DNA of 53,538 nucleotides, filler included, from Bipalium vagum (Eukaryota), in assembly GCA_037834085.1 (NCBI GenBank). It is 3 parts of 3 records of this genome, joined end to end, with 100 filler letters (N's around TTAATTAATTAA, not from the genome) between each part and the next. Parts side by side here need not be neighbours in the genome. Positions count along the whole stretch, not along the records: positions 1 to 17,147 come from JBBMKC010076695.1; positions 17,248 to 35,975 come from JBBMKC010021299.1; 1 more part is not named here. One strand, given 5' to 3'. The notes beneath the pieces are model-generated. The model was not told where the DNA came from. It did not search any database and saw only the letters and a list, made by a program, of their open reading frames with translations. The stretch's first letter is position 1; the number at the start of each line of letters is the position of its first letter. A program made the translations under genes and the position numbers. Below, piece by piece: positions 11,421 through 24,540 of the stretch.

Positions 11421-12140
11421 ACGATATGGCTGTCATTAACATGGGGAAGTTTTAAATGTTTGTCTTGTATGATTGACAGTATTATATATTCATCGAATGT
11501 TGATATACAATGCAGTCCACCATATTATACTGCACAGTTTAAATATCCAATTAGAAACGAGGATGAGTGTCCGTTCTTCTTATTGGAGAGATCTAAGAAC
11601 GCACATTTAGAAGCGTTGACTGTCATTGTTAACAATGTTCATTAATTTGATTAATCTGTATTTTTTGGTTGTAAAAATAAATAAATTTTCTTGTTAAGAA
11701 AGGCTCAGTTTTAGCAAATAATATAATAATAATTTTAAACAAAATATGACCTTGTAAAATTATTAACACCTATATTAAACATCACCTAACTGGTTCATAA
11801 AATTATTATAAAGTTTCTTGGTTCTTTCTAATGTATATATATGTGGACCTATTTCGCTAAATAATTTATAAATTATTTTTTTTAAAAATACATTAAAAAG
11901 AAATAAATTTAAATAGTTGAAGAATATTATAATCATAATTTAGTCTAGAAAAACAAATCTATTTATAATAAAATACATTGAGTGTTAATTACTAAATTTT
12001 ATTCAATTTTAAAAATATTTTCATTTTTCGTAGGAGATGAACGTCTTCATTTCTTATAATATATATTATAGATACAAAATAAAATATTAATAAAAATTTA
12101 TCATTTATTTAGAAATCAATAGTATATTTTAAAATTACGA

Positions 12141-12773
12141 ATGAGTGACATAGAATCAGTAAGAAGTCTTTTCGAAATGACATTCAACTATATTGTCAAA
12201 TGTTTCCGAATTGTGACTCTATTTCTTTCTTTTGGTGCTAGTGCTGCGTGTATTTTTCATTTAGAAATTTGTGGTTGCCAGATTACTCCATTCTTTTTAC
12301 AATGGAATCTTCTATGGACAAATAATAATGCAAGCCGAAATGAATATTTCAATCTTCATTCTCACGTGGTTAGCAAAAATCAATGTTATGTTCAAAAATT
12401 ATTTAATTACTGTATTAATATACCCTTGTGCATTATTTTTATTTTTATTTTTGGTTATCTCGCGTGTTTTACTCAAAGTGTGCGATCAAATGAAAAACGA
12501 AAGAAGAATTTGATACTAGAAAGTACGTACTTTACGATGAACCTTTTAATTAGTATCATCTCCCTGTTCACCCTATTTTCTTGGATAAATTATCGAGCTA
12601 CTGAATATTCCATTTATATGAAAGATTCTTGTAAATTGGACTATGAAATAGTAAATCTTATGCTTTGGTTTATTACCATAGTATGGATCAGCCATTTTGG
12701 ATTATCAATCTGTGTTATTGGAATAAATCTTCAAACTTTCAGAAAACAACACGGTCATACCACAAATAAATAA
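12141..12773 (+). CDS. Intronless four-transmembrane protein, TMEM179-like (210 aa)
   Basis: Intact ATG-TAA ORF in AT-rich flanks with four hydrophobic segments and Cys-bearing loops. MNLLISIISLFTLF, ..SC.. and LWFITIVWISH recall TMEM179 TM3/TM4 (FLNLLVSA.., LW..W..W). The family call is by eye. Confidence 0.7.
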   Translation: MSDIESVRSLFEMTFNYIVKCFRIVTLFLSFGASAACIFHLEICGCQITPFFLQWNLLWTNNNASRNEYFNLHSHVVSKNQCYVQKLFNYCINIPLCIIFIFIFGYLACFTQSVRSNEKRKKNLILESTYFTMNLLISIISLFTLFSWINYRATEYSIYMKDSCKLDYEIVNLMLWFITIVWISHFGLSICVIGINLQTFRKQHGHTTNK

Positions 12774-15559
12774 TTTGATCTCTTGTTAGAAAACTAGGAT
12801 TAAATTTTAAGAATGAGAAAATTATTTTATCAAAACATTGTAAAAATATTCGAAAGAATTGGAAAATTTAATTTTACAGATTAGAAGTTGTAATATAAAA
12901 GATAATTTTTTATTATTGTATGATTTATATGATTAACAATATTTAATGTAATATTAATTATTTTATAAAACTAAGTAAATATCTATTATTATTTATTATA
13001 TTAATTATTATGAAAACTACTGAAACAATATATGGTTTCACAAATTCTTAAACGTTGTCTCTGATTTCAATTTTATTTAGTAATTTAATATTATTATCAA
13101 ATATTAAATAAATTATTATCAGTTATTTTAAATATATTATGAATTTGTATATAATATTATATTAAGTAATATGTCAGGTTCATAAGATCGAAATGGAAAC
13201 TGAAAAGATATTGATGGCTGTAATTTTTATGAACAATTTATGTTGTACATGTAATTCAATGAATAATGGATTTATTTACAATTTAATCTTAAACATCAAA
13301 TACATGACCTGTAGACAGAATTTAGAAGTTAAATGTGATTAATAAAATGTTAGACTATTAAAATATCAAGTTTTAAATTTAAATTTAACTGAATATGGTA
13401 ATCAATATTTAAATATTCTATTTTTAATTGTCCATTATTAATAATAACCGTAGTAGTGAATGATAAGTATTATGAACGACATTAACTTCAGTGTTAAAAA
13501 CAAACAGCAAAATGCATCAAAATCGGAAAAAAGAATACAAAATCTAAATAGAGATTTAAAATAGTTAGGTTTTTTTTTATGAAAACTGACGTTCTAAAAA
13601 ATTTGAAATGGTATAAAATAATAAAGAAAACCTTTAAAAATTTAAATTAAAAATTTGTAAATGAAATATTTTGTTTTAATGATATTGTCGATACTCCCAG
13701 GTACAGTTCCCAGTTCACCGGCCCAATCCAGTTCAAATGTCAAATAAAAATATATATCCAAAATTTTTGTGTATAATTTCGTTTTTATTTGAAAATAAAG
13801 TTTTTATTTTAATATTTTATGTTAGAGTTAAAACCTTGATTTTATTCTTCTTTCTTATTTGGTGACAAAAAGTAATATAAAATATAAAAAGTAAAATAAA
13901 ATTTAATAAATTAAAATATAAAAATTATATACTGCTAAATAAAACAAAAACATAATATAATATTTATAATTAATTAATTTCAGTGACTAATAATAAAAAT
14001 TTTGTTTGAAAATTTAGCAGTAACAAAAAGTTACTAAATAATAAAGTGTTAAAAACTTTTATATAACTTACTATAAATATAATTTTATAATATTTTACAT
14101 AAAAATTTAAAATTAGTAACATAAAGTTACTATTAGTAAAAATAAAATAAAGTAATATAAATAAGTAAATTAATTAAAAGAAAGGACACAAATAAATAAA
14201 TTACAAAATCAGGTGCCAAAGGATCATATTTCAATATTCTCAAAGACCATTAGAACCGTCAAAAGACCAGAAAAAATCGACAAGCAACCAACAGAACTTT
14301 CAACACAAGAATACTGCTAAACATTTGCGATGCAGAGAGGACCAGTAAGCAGGCCGCAGATTAATAAAAGGAGCGATAAATGTTGGTATAAAATAAACAA
14401 CCAATTTCAGTGCAAAAAAGAGAAAAAAAGAGAACCAGAACTTCTATCACTAACTAAATAATTTTGGTTTCACACTATTATTAAATATACCGATTCTCAA
14501 ATAACTAAAACCTTTTTACTATAATTCGATTTTCAATTTTAAGTTAAAAGCTAATAATTAAATTAAACAAATACTAAAGGTTGGACAGCTACTCTAACAC
14601 TTTAGGATCAAGTAAATTTTAGTTTTTTTTACTGATTTCCCAGTATCTTCTTTTTCTGCATTCTCCACGTGAAGTAGGAATTTTTTACTGAAGGCCCTTG
14701 AGAGTAGAATACCGAAGGGTGATTTGACTTTTCTTAGTAATCTTCACATATCGGGTTTTAACCTAAAAGTGTTTTGTAACAATAATTTATATTATATATC
14801 AAAATATATTTTAGTGAAAAAACTTTGTTATCTCAGTTTATATTTTAAAAGTTTATTTTGCAATCGATTTTTATTAAAGTTATCACTCGAAATTTAACTC
14901 CGTTCATATGCGCACTAAATTTTTCTGAGTTATAAACAGTTTATGTTAAGTTGCATAAAAGTCCAACATCGGTGTCTTTAACCCAATTTTTGTTTTATAT
15001 CCACCTTTTTAGCAAACTTAAGAATATTGTTTTAAAACATTGTTATTATATTTTCAAGATTTGTACAATTAACACAGATTGATGACGCTCACTTAAGAAC
15101 CTGTCCACTAGTTTTTATTCAGATTTTAATTAGTGACTCCACTTTTAAACAAAAAAATGACCAATATGGAAAAAAGTGAAATGTATTCAACAAGAAAATA
15201 CGTACATCACTAATAATCACTAATAAGAAATTGATACTTTAAAAATGAAGAATATCAGAAGTCACAAATTCGAAAAGATAATGAGAAATACAGATCTATA
15301 TATATATGTATAATAATTTAAATTAGATAAATTATCAAAGAATCAATTTTATAGTTCTTGTTATTAGGAACCAATAACTGTACTGTACAATCAAAGGCCC
15401 TTAAAATTTACGAAACCTTGTATCGTAGTTCGGTTTAAAATTTTTAAAAAGTTTTTCTACGAACAATTTGAAAAATATATTTATTTATTTTAATATTATT
15501 TTGATAAATGTTTTGAAAAAAATTTGATATGAACAATGTTTAAAATAAGTTCTATCTTT

Positions 15560-15900
15560 CAGTTATGGATAAAATAAAAATATAAGGAATAATGTTTTTA
15601 CATAAAAGTATGCATTCTTTTTTCTGTACAAATGTGTCATTTAAACATAGTTTATTCAGGACACTCATATAAAACTTAAGCAGACGACAATCAATAAATT
15701 CTTGGAAGGCTAATGATACATCATTGTCGGAATGTCTAGCGTTATCATGCAAAGGATTGAAGTTGATCTACTGACTATTCTGGGTTGTTTTTCTTTAGAT
15801 TTTTGCAATATTTTGCCCAAGTGGTTACAGTGTTTATATTTCTAATGTGATCAATAATCAATTTATGAATTACTCCCTAGACCACCACGTTGAGTATTAG
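15560..15900 (-). mobile_element. mariner relic with internal deletion
   Basis: ILLHDNAR joined directly to the C-terminal AFQEFID.R..FY..LNKL segment. Confidence 0.65.
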
Positions 15901-16946
15901 GAAAAAGAAGATTGTTTAAGATTTTTCGAAAAAATAATTTAAATGTAGTAGAGACAACAAAAATTAGCAAAAAAAATAAAAGATCATGAAAAAACATAGA
16001 AAGTACTACAGGTATATGGTGTGAAAAATTTAAAGGCTTCTAGAATTTTTTTACATCAAATTTGAAGAGAAACATATTTTTCAATTTTTCTTAACATATT
16101 TTTTTAAATTTTTTACTTTATAAATATTCTGATATAAATATTTCTTTAAATATTAAATGTATATCACATCTCGATCCATTGCAAAAATACATTGGTATAA
16201 ACTTTGTGTACTTTTCTTGTATATTACACGTGTTATGCAAAGCACCTCTATATTTTCAATTTAGATGATCATGATCTCTTATTTTCATGTATTCTTTTTT
16301 TATCTTAGTTAAATCCTTCTTCATATTAATAATTATTAATTATAATTCATAATTCATCTTCAATTAAATTCATTTCTATAGTTATTTTTAATAATTCTAC
16401 ATATTTATATTTAAATCTTCAATATATCCAATAAATTTTATTTATTTTATATATCGGGAATGAAATATCTATTAATAATTTGATTGAATATAAATACCAA
16501 GAAACTTGATTTCTTGTTTTTGAATAATATTGAACTATTTCTATTTTATTGATTTTACTATAAGCTTCAAAACCTCAATATATTGTAAATGGTACTTTAT
16601 TTTTAAAATAATAATAATAAAACTTCTGTGTCAAAATTCGAACAGAGTATTTTTTTTAATAATTATATAATAATATAAATTAATTTTTAACTATAAATGA
16701 TCTCCTTGCTCAAATAAAAACCTTTTCTGTGGATAGACAATTTTTGTGTTTGAAGTCTAAATTGATAATCATTGTTGTTATTGCTTTGATTCGATGTTTA
16801 TATATTCTCTATGAATCGTGGTATTCTCATCGGGTTACGTCTAGTTACATCAACTGATAAATTCTTTAGTGTTATTTTGGTCATGATCACTTGTTTGTCG
16901 TTTCGTTCAAATTTTCTAACTCTTGATCTCGTTTATATATAATATA

Positions 16947-17147
16947 TACACGCCTGGACAAAAAAATGAAGCTTACATAATTTATATATATTATGACACC
17001 ATTTATTTTAACAATTTTACAAAAATTTTCAAACAATATATCATTACCTAAATAAAAATATTAATAAGGAATATATTTCCATTTGGCCAATTTAAGCAAC
17101 TTGAGCCGTTTGGATAGGCTATATGATAGTCTCTGACAATGTTCTGT
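16947..17147 (-). mobile_element. Tc1-like element 3' end, cut by the gap
   Basis: TA-CACGCCTGGACAAAAAAATG TIR-like end; minus strand reads CQRLSYSLSKRLKLLKLAKWKYIPY*, resembling a Tc1 C-terminus. Confidence 0.55.
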
Positions 17148-17247
17148 NNNNNNNNNNNNNNNNNNNNNNNNNNNNNNNNNNNNNNNNNNNNTTAATTAAT
17201 TAANNNNNNNNNNNNNNNNNNNNNNNNNNNNNNNNNNNNNNNNNNNN
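17148..17247. other. Artificial assembly spacer N44-TTAATTAATTAA-N44
   Basis: Exactly 100 bp; the 12-mer puts stops in all six frames; identical spacer at 35976-36075. Confidence 0.95.
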
Positions 17248-19619
17248 TATCTTTGTGACATTAATTTCCTGGAATCCATTTTTATATCTACAATTATTTC
17301 AAAATAAATAAATATTGATTTTATATTTTATGAATTTTTAAATTTATGAATTAATTTTTGCGCCACCATGTATATAGAATTTCTGCTACTCATCAACTCT
17401 GTAAAGGGAAAAAAATATTTCTTATTCTGATTTTTTCTTTTCAAAAATATACAAAACTACACAAAATAAACAATATTACTTTGTTTTCTTAGATCCTGAG
17501 ATATCATTATAAAATAAAATATGAAAAAACTAATCAATAATATAATTAACTAATACATTTAAACAATTACCATTGATTTACTAATTTTTCTTTTTTACAA
17601 AATTATTTATTATCATGAAATTCATTTTGATTTGCAGATTTCATTCTTTTTTATTTTACAACTCAATGTGCTTCTATACTTAGTTTTTTCTGCTGTTTTA
17701 GAATCTTCACATTCATATTTTGAAGGGACATTATTTATCTATATGTAAATGAACACACCCATGACATTGAAATTGGTAAGCAAGATTAGATTGAGTAGTT
17801 TCAGTATTGAGTTTTAGAAAATGCATAGTCTTTGTCGTTACTGAAATTTTCTCAACTGTATTGATTATCTTCATATATGGTCAGTAGAATTTTGTTTCAG
17901 AAAATTAAGAATTCTTCAGAATAAAGAATTCGAGGTGTTTTATTTTTTCTTTAATTTTGTTATTGGATTCTTCGTTATTAATAAATTATTATTATTACAA
18001 AAAGAAAATTTAAAACTTTCCTAAGAAATTTTTAGATCCATAATTACACTCTGTACTCTACTATATATACTTTCAATTTTTCATTTTAAAGTGATTTTTT
18101 CTACTTTGATTAACTCCACAATATATCTAATATTTCATAACTCAAATGGTCTAAATGGTTTATATATAAGATAGAAAATAAATTAAAATTAGTTCTGCAT
18201 ATTTCTTGTCATTGTTGCTGTCATAAACGCTTAAGTATAGACCGCTGTCTAAAGACCGTATTCTAAACAATTCTATTTTATACATGATTTGATTGTTTTT
18301 TGTGTTTATAAAGTCAAAGGGGTTAGTATAGCCTCAATTTTAATATTTTTTTATTTAATATAATATTTTAATAATAATAAATATTTTGAAATAATGATGT
18401 TTATTAATTTGTTTTAATTATCCACATATATAGAGTTGCTGTAAATTATTTTTTAAAATCCAAATTTAGATAATTTGAAAATAATTTCAGACAGACAATG
18501 TGCTTTTAAATATTGTCTAAATTTTATAGATTTTATTATCAGTATAATCTCAATTTTATGATCCTGAATGCATCATATAACAATTTTGAAAAGAAAGATA
18601 GGACTAATCAATAAGTTTTAATTCAACTACTCTCTGCAGATAAATGAGGTTTTATTAAGAAATTGAAAAAAAGGAGAGTTCATATATGATAAATAATAAA
18701 ATTATTCTGATAGTAATATCCCTTATGCTCCATATGGGGTTCTTTGAAGCCCTTTTTTAACATTAGAATATTTTTATTTCGTGTTAATAAAATAAATGGA
18801 AGTTCAAAGATGATAGGCCTACGTTCACTTGAGAAAATAATGAAAACGTTGATTCATGAAGGTTACCAGCCTATGATCTTCATGAACTCTTTATATTTCT
18901 TAGAAGAATCAAATAAACTAAATGAGTTCTTTACTGAAATTTCACTCAAAAAATATTAGATGAAAAATTTTTAATTAATAAATAAATCAGGATTTAAATT
19001 TTTTTAGATAAAAAAATTTGTTTCTAAGATTTAAAAATAGTTTTTTTGCTTAATATCATTTATTTTATTTTAAATTAATTATTCTCATATTTTTACATAT
19101 AGAACTATTTGATATTGAGGTTTCTTTATTTTGTATCAAAGTAAATGTATCAATAATGAATAGAGTAAAATGGGCCTTTTAAAATAAAACGATAATTAAT
19201 ATAATGTTTTTTTGAAAAGTTAGTGTGATTTTCAATTGAAAATAATGTCTAAGAATGGAAGAATGGTAAAATGAAAAAGACAGTACAAACAAAAGAGAGC
19301 CCATTATTAATTATTTCTTTAAATAACTATCTATATTTCAGATTATTAATCCTTCATTTATTCAAATAAGAATACAATAAATACTAATTAAACAGAAAAC
19401 ATAACACAAATGGTCGAAATAATCATAGATATAAGAAACAGGAAAATAAATAATGATGGAGGAAAAATAATATTGCCAAAGGATTAGACAAATTATATGA
19501 TACTACTTTCACTTTATAATATTGTAAATTTTATACCAAATTGTTTCAATGTTAAGAATGCAATATCTGGTAATATCTCATAGAGAAATATCGTTTTCTC
19601 TAAAATTAAAAAATTAATT

Positions 19620-20430
19620 ATACAATTATAATCGGTGGAAATCGCAAATCGGCTAAGGGAAACACCGTGTTGCAACGGCATTAAACATCAGATCAAATAA
19701 GATCCTTCAAAGGAATTTCATTCCAGTCCAACAATGGCTTTTTCTGATCAAAGCACGGAACAATAACCTAGGATATAAAGTTTTTAATTTAGAACAAGGA
19801 AAAGAAATCATGTGTCGTCAATGCGGAATACTTATAGCATGTCAGGCTCATATCATGAATCACTGCACTTTAAGACCATTTCATCCAACTGCAAAACATA
19901 ACCATTTTCTGGAATTAATATATGGATCTCTGAAAGACTGTGGATATGATTTTCAAATGGATAATTAGCCCAATGGAAATAAAGACAACTCTTCGACGGG
20001 ATTTGATCTTACGTCTGAAGAAGAAAAAAGAGAAATACATTTGATTGACATCAAATTTCCTTATGATGATCCAAAATATTTTGAGCACAACAGAAAATCA
20101 AATCACCTAAAATATCAAAAAATTGGTGAAGAATTGAGTCAAGAAACAATATCAACAGTTAAAATCTGGACGATCAATATTGGATACCTTGGATCATCGG
20201 ATCCCAAAAACGAAATGGTTTTAAGGAAAATAGGACTGAGAGAGTCAGATATTCACAAATGGGCACTGAATCGTTGACATCAGCAATAGCTGAGTTCTAT
20301 CAGATATACTTCAAACATGTGATTCCAAAGTCTCCTCCTGTCTCCAACTTACTTAACTGTGTCCTTTGACAGTTTCCTTTTAGTCCTTATTTACTATCGG
20401 ACACATTGCGTTACTAAACTTATATATATA
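19620..20430 (+). mobile_element. 3' end of an RLE (restriction-like endonuclease) non-LTR retrotransposon, NeSL/R2 group, decayed
   Basis: CRQCG..CQAHIMNHC (CCHC knuckle), KHN, FDL..IHLIDIKFPYD..NHLKY and IGYLGSSDPKNE.VLRKIG match the RHN / PD-(D/E)xK / G.LGSW layout of RLE domains. Confidence 0.85.
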
Positions 20431-20899
20431 TTATTCCTTATCTATCCAAAAGTAATAAATAACATAGAACAAATAAAATTATTGATTTTATAATATAAAT
20501 ATCATTATATCTTTTCTATATTAAACTGATAGGCTGATTTGGTTTTTAGTAATTTTCTATTAATTAAAACATGTTTGCAAAGGATTGTTACAGAATGCTG
20601 TATATCATAGAGGAGTGTTCATTACTGCCTGTGAACGAATAGAATAAATGATATTGAATGCTTGTCTGATTATGATGAAAATTGAAGATATAACCAAAAT
20701 GAATCAATAAAATGAAAAATTTGCGACGGACCTAATTATGATATAAAATAAATGTTGATTTTTTTCATTAATCTTAGAAGAGTGTATGATTGTTAATCAT
20801 CAATAAATATTTTAATAATATTTTAAAATAACTATATTCTACAACCGTCAGCCATATAAAAATATTTTTCTTTATTAAAGTGAGTTAAGTGAGCTTTAA

Positions 20900-21688
20900 A
20901 TGCAAAATCCTCTTTTTAATTATTCTGCCATCATGATGTATTTATCTCTCAGTGACTAGACTATCCGGTCATCAAAACCAGAAATTATTTTAATTTACTT
21001 AGGGATCACATATAATTATTGCCAGTGAATTATTGGTTTCCTTTCCGATCATTTTACGGTATCTTTTTAAAGTAAATTTTATAATACAGTAAAATATTAA
21101 TTCATGTATTATTCATAGATTATAGCTGTAAAATAAAGAAAAATTGTTTGTTTTATAATTTTAAAAAATTAATATTTATCAAATGACATTAAAATTTTCA
21201 TGTAAAATAGAGTGGATTGAAGTCCGAGATATGTTCAATGATATCTGAATTTTATTATATGTTGTTCGACAATCTTTTACAATTAATTTCGGAGCAACTT
21301 TAACTTTTTCATCGGATACACTTGTTTTTGGACGACCTTATTTGAAATTATCACCCAAAGAAACACGTCCAAACTTAAATTGATGAAACCATCGATACAC
21401 TGTAGTTTTTGATGGAGCATCATCAGGAAATACCAATCAAGACATTTCTGGTGTGTCAATCCGCATCGGAAATTATTTAAAAATCATTGTTCGAATGTTT
21501 TGCATTGATAAATTCATATTTTACGCTTTGTATGCCATATTTAAATGCAAATATTTATTTAAACAAATGCGATTTTTATTATTAGATAAAAGTAATATAG
21601 TAGTAAAATAACTTATTTTATGATTAATTTTTTTTACTAAAAATTTCTATATTTTCCATTCTCGAACCTTTTCGACTACTCCTCGTAG
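20900..21688 (-). mobile_element. mariner relic (5' TIR plus HTH region)
   Basis: DAPSKTTVYRWFHQFKFGRVSL.D...GRPKTSV..; TIR-like TACGAGGAGTAGTCGAAAAG at the right end; a degenerate VT..WIHH segment near 20940. Confidence 0.8.
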
Positions 21689-23130
21689 AAAATATTTTTC
21701 ATAATATAGACTTCTAATTGATAAGAATACAATCATAAATTTATTTTAATTAAAAGAATTCAATTATTTTGTAATATTAGAGATTTATATAATTTAAAAT
21801 ATGATATAAAAATATGATATAATAAAATATGATATAATATGACAAAAATGATTTTTCTACTGAAACATCCATAAAGTTAACATTGATGCAGAATTTTGTT
21901 TACTTAATAAATTTTAATTAAATAAAAAAGAAAGTGTCTATATTAGCACAACTATAAAATCAATGATAACAATATTATCTTTTATAATATTTTTTTGTAA
22001 ATGAATAAAAATAAAAATAATTCATCATAAAGTTTTCGAATTTTCAATTGCTTAAAAATCCTAATATTTTGACCAATTGAAAAGGAGTTCTAATTAACCT
22101 ATTAAATTGATATCTTTTCAAATACAAGGATAAATAATCTATAGATAAAATAATTTTCAGAATGACTTATAAATTTGAATTTTTAATTTATTATAATGAA
22201 TTTTGACAATGATTCCTAAAAAGAGGAATATTATTTTGTTGCTTTCAAGTAATTAATTGTTTTACATCATAATTGATATATTATAATTATAAATAATAAT
22301 AATTTCATACATATACTTAAATTTATTAATAATATAATATTTATTAAAATTTTGATATTATTAAATAGTTACATAAAAACAATGTTACTTTTAAAATTAA
22401 TTATTTTTAAATATTTTTAAAAATAATTAATTGCACCAAAGTCTTTTAATTATATAAAATAAAAAACTTAAGGTACACAACGTTTTTAGAAAACCATCTG
22501 CAAAAATTATAATAATAAATATTCCTTATATTTCTAATCAATCTAACAAGCTAAATTTCTTTATAAATTATTATGTATTATGTATTATTTTTTCATTTGT
22601 TATTTTCAAACTGAGCCTATACATTAGTGAATGGTTGATAATATTTATATATAATGATTAAATACTTATTTTATTAGCAAACTAGTTTGCATATATTTTA
22701 CTTAATAATAATTCCAATTATCAATTTAAAGCTTATAAATTTTATGCCGACTATGATAAAACAAAAGTCGATTAAATTCAACCGTTAAAATGATATGAAA
22801 TTGAAGCGTTCTCTTCTCAAGTGATTATTCTTGAAAATTGTTTCACATAAAAATTCTTAAATTTCACAGTTTTTGAGTGAGCTCTTTCGAAACAAGAAAC
22901 CACAGGGGCAAAAATTCAATATTCTTTTAGATTGTATTTTTTCTGCAATAATAAAGTGTCTGATACTGAACAATAATTTTCATTAATAAATATAAAAATT
23001 ATTTTAAGGTTGTGAATTATTTTTACTATTGGTAATATATATTTTATACACATGAATAAAAATATATTACATTCTAATGAATTATTATTTAATTTTTAAA
23101 ATTATTTAACCCCTAAAAATGGATATAATA

Positions 23131-24010
23131 TACAAGGGCGGTTTGAAAAATTCGCGAAATGAAAAAAAAATTTTATTTTAACAAAAATCACATTTTTCAA
23201 CATAATTTCCCTTTAGATTAATGCACTTCTGCCAACGATATGCTAAGGCCAGTATGCCCTCTCGAAGGTGGTTTTCGTTACTGCTTCTAAAATATTGATT
23301 TAGTACTTCATGAACCTCTTTTTTTGTGAAAAAGCACTTTCCACCAAGAAAGCTTTTCAACTTTTGGAACAGATGAAAGTCAGAGGGAGCCGAATCAGAT
23401 GAATATGTGGGATGTTGAAGAAATTTTTACTTTAATTCATTGAATTTTGCCATTGTAATAAATTCTGTATGTGGTATCTGCAAACCGGGTCATTTCATTA
23501 ATGATGGTATCCAATTTATCCAACAGTTTTACGTAATACTTTTCATTGATTGTTTTGGAGATAATCGAGGATAAGAATTCCTTTGGCATTCAAAAATATT
23601 GATGCCGTAACGTTACCAACAGAAGTATGGGTCATCACTTCCTTTGGTGGCGGAGAGTTCTGGTGTTTCCTCTGTTTAAATTGAGTTTTTCTTTCTGTGG
23701 TGTAGCAATGATTTCACGTATCACCTGTAGTAACAAATCTTCGCACAAAATCAGTTTATTCTTCAGAAAACGTGTCAAAAACTCATCATTTTTATTTGTT
23801 TTTCATTGAACTGAAAGCAACGGCGGCACCCTTCTTACAGTTAATTCTGTCATGCCGAATTCATTATGCAAAATAAAATACACCTGTTCTGTTTATATTT
23901 CCATTTTGTTAGGTATATCTGATAACTTCAGTCGAAAATCTTGGAGAACCGCTTCTTGTATTTTTTGAACGATTTCCGGAGTACTAGATGATTTTTGGGC
24001 TACCAGAATC
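23131..24010 (-). mobile_element. mariner element, decayed
   Basis: TIR TACAAGGGCGGTTTGAAAAATTCGCG; YSSDSAPSDFHLFQKLKSFLGG..GILALAYRWQKCINLKGNYVEK; FVTGDT*N.CYT motif. Confidence 0.9.
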
Positions 24011-24149
24011 TGAGCGCCTTTGATTTCCAGAATATTATGCTTGACTTGAAGTAGTTTAGTATTGAAAATATTCCAGAAAAAATCATTGGTTTTTATGATT
24101 TTAAGAACACCTTAATAAAGTCTTTAGTTTTAAGTATTGGGTACGGAAA

Positions 24150-24540
24150 AACGTCACTACAGTAATCTTAATTTAGAAACCGTAGCCATCCAACGTAAGG
24201 CGTGAGCTTTTAACTTCACAATAACACTCTTATTCACACATCCAAGAAACTACAAGAAACATTAACAAAAGCTAGGTTAAAGCTGCCGGATTATCTTCCG
24301 TACAGTCCAAGTGATTTTGTTTATTCAGTCATCTGAAGAAACATACTCGAGGATATAAATTAGCTTCGAAGGATAACCTGAATAATTCCTTATGGAAAAA
24401 GATAAAAATCTTTTTGAAATAATCTTCAATGGAATGGTCAACCGTGGGTAAAGTGCTTCAATGTAAACGAGGGATATTTCGAAAAATGACACTTGTTAAA
24501 AAATATTTTGTTGAATCGGCGTCATTATTTCTGGTAGAAT
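24150..24540 (+). mobile_element. mariner C-terminal relic
   Basis: HNNT..H..PYSPSDF..HLKKH.RG..KCFNVNEGYFEK*. Confidence 0.75.

Noticed and set aside
11208-11645. 145-aa ORF as a novel gene
   Set aside because: Non-ATG start, and chimeric: a mariner C-terminus followed by the antisense of an RT-like fragment (TVNASKCAFL on the minus strand).
14685-14730. Hammerhead-like CTGAAGG-CCCTT..AAGGG-TGAT
   Set aside because: The core lacks CUGANGA and GAAA and there are no clear stems I/III; at best a dead Penelope-type relic.
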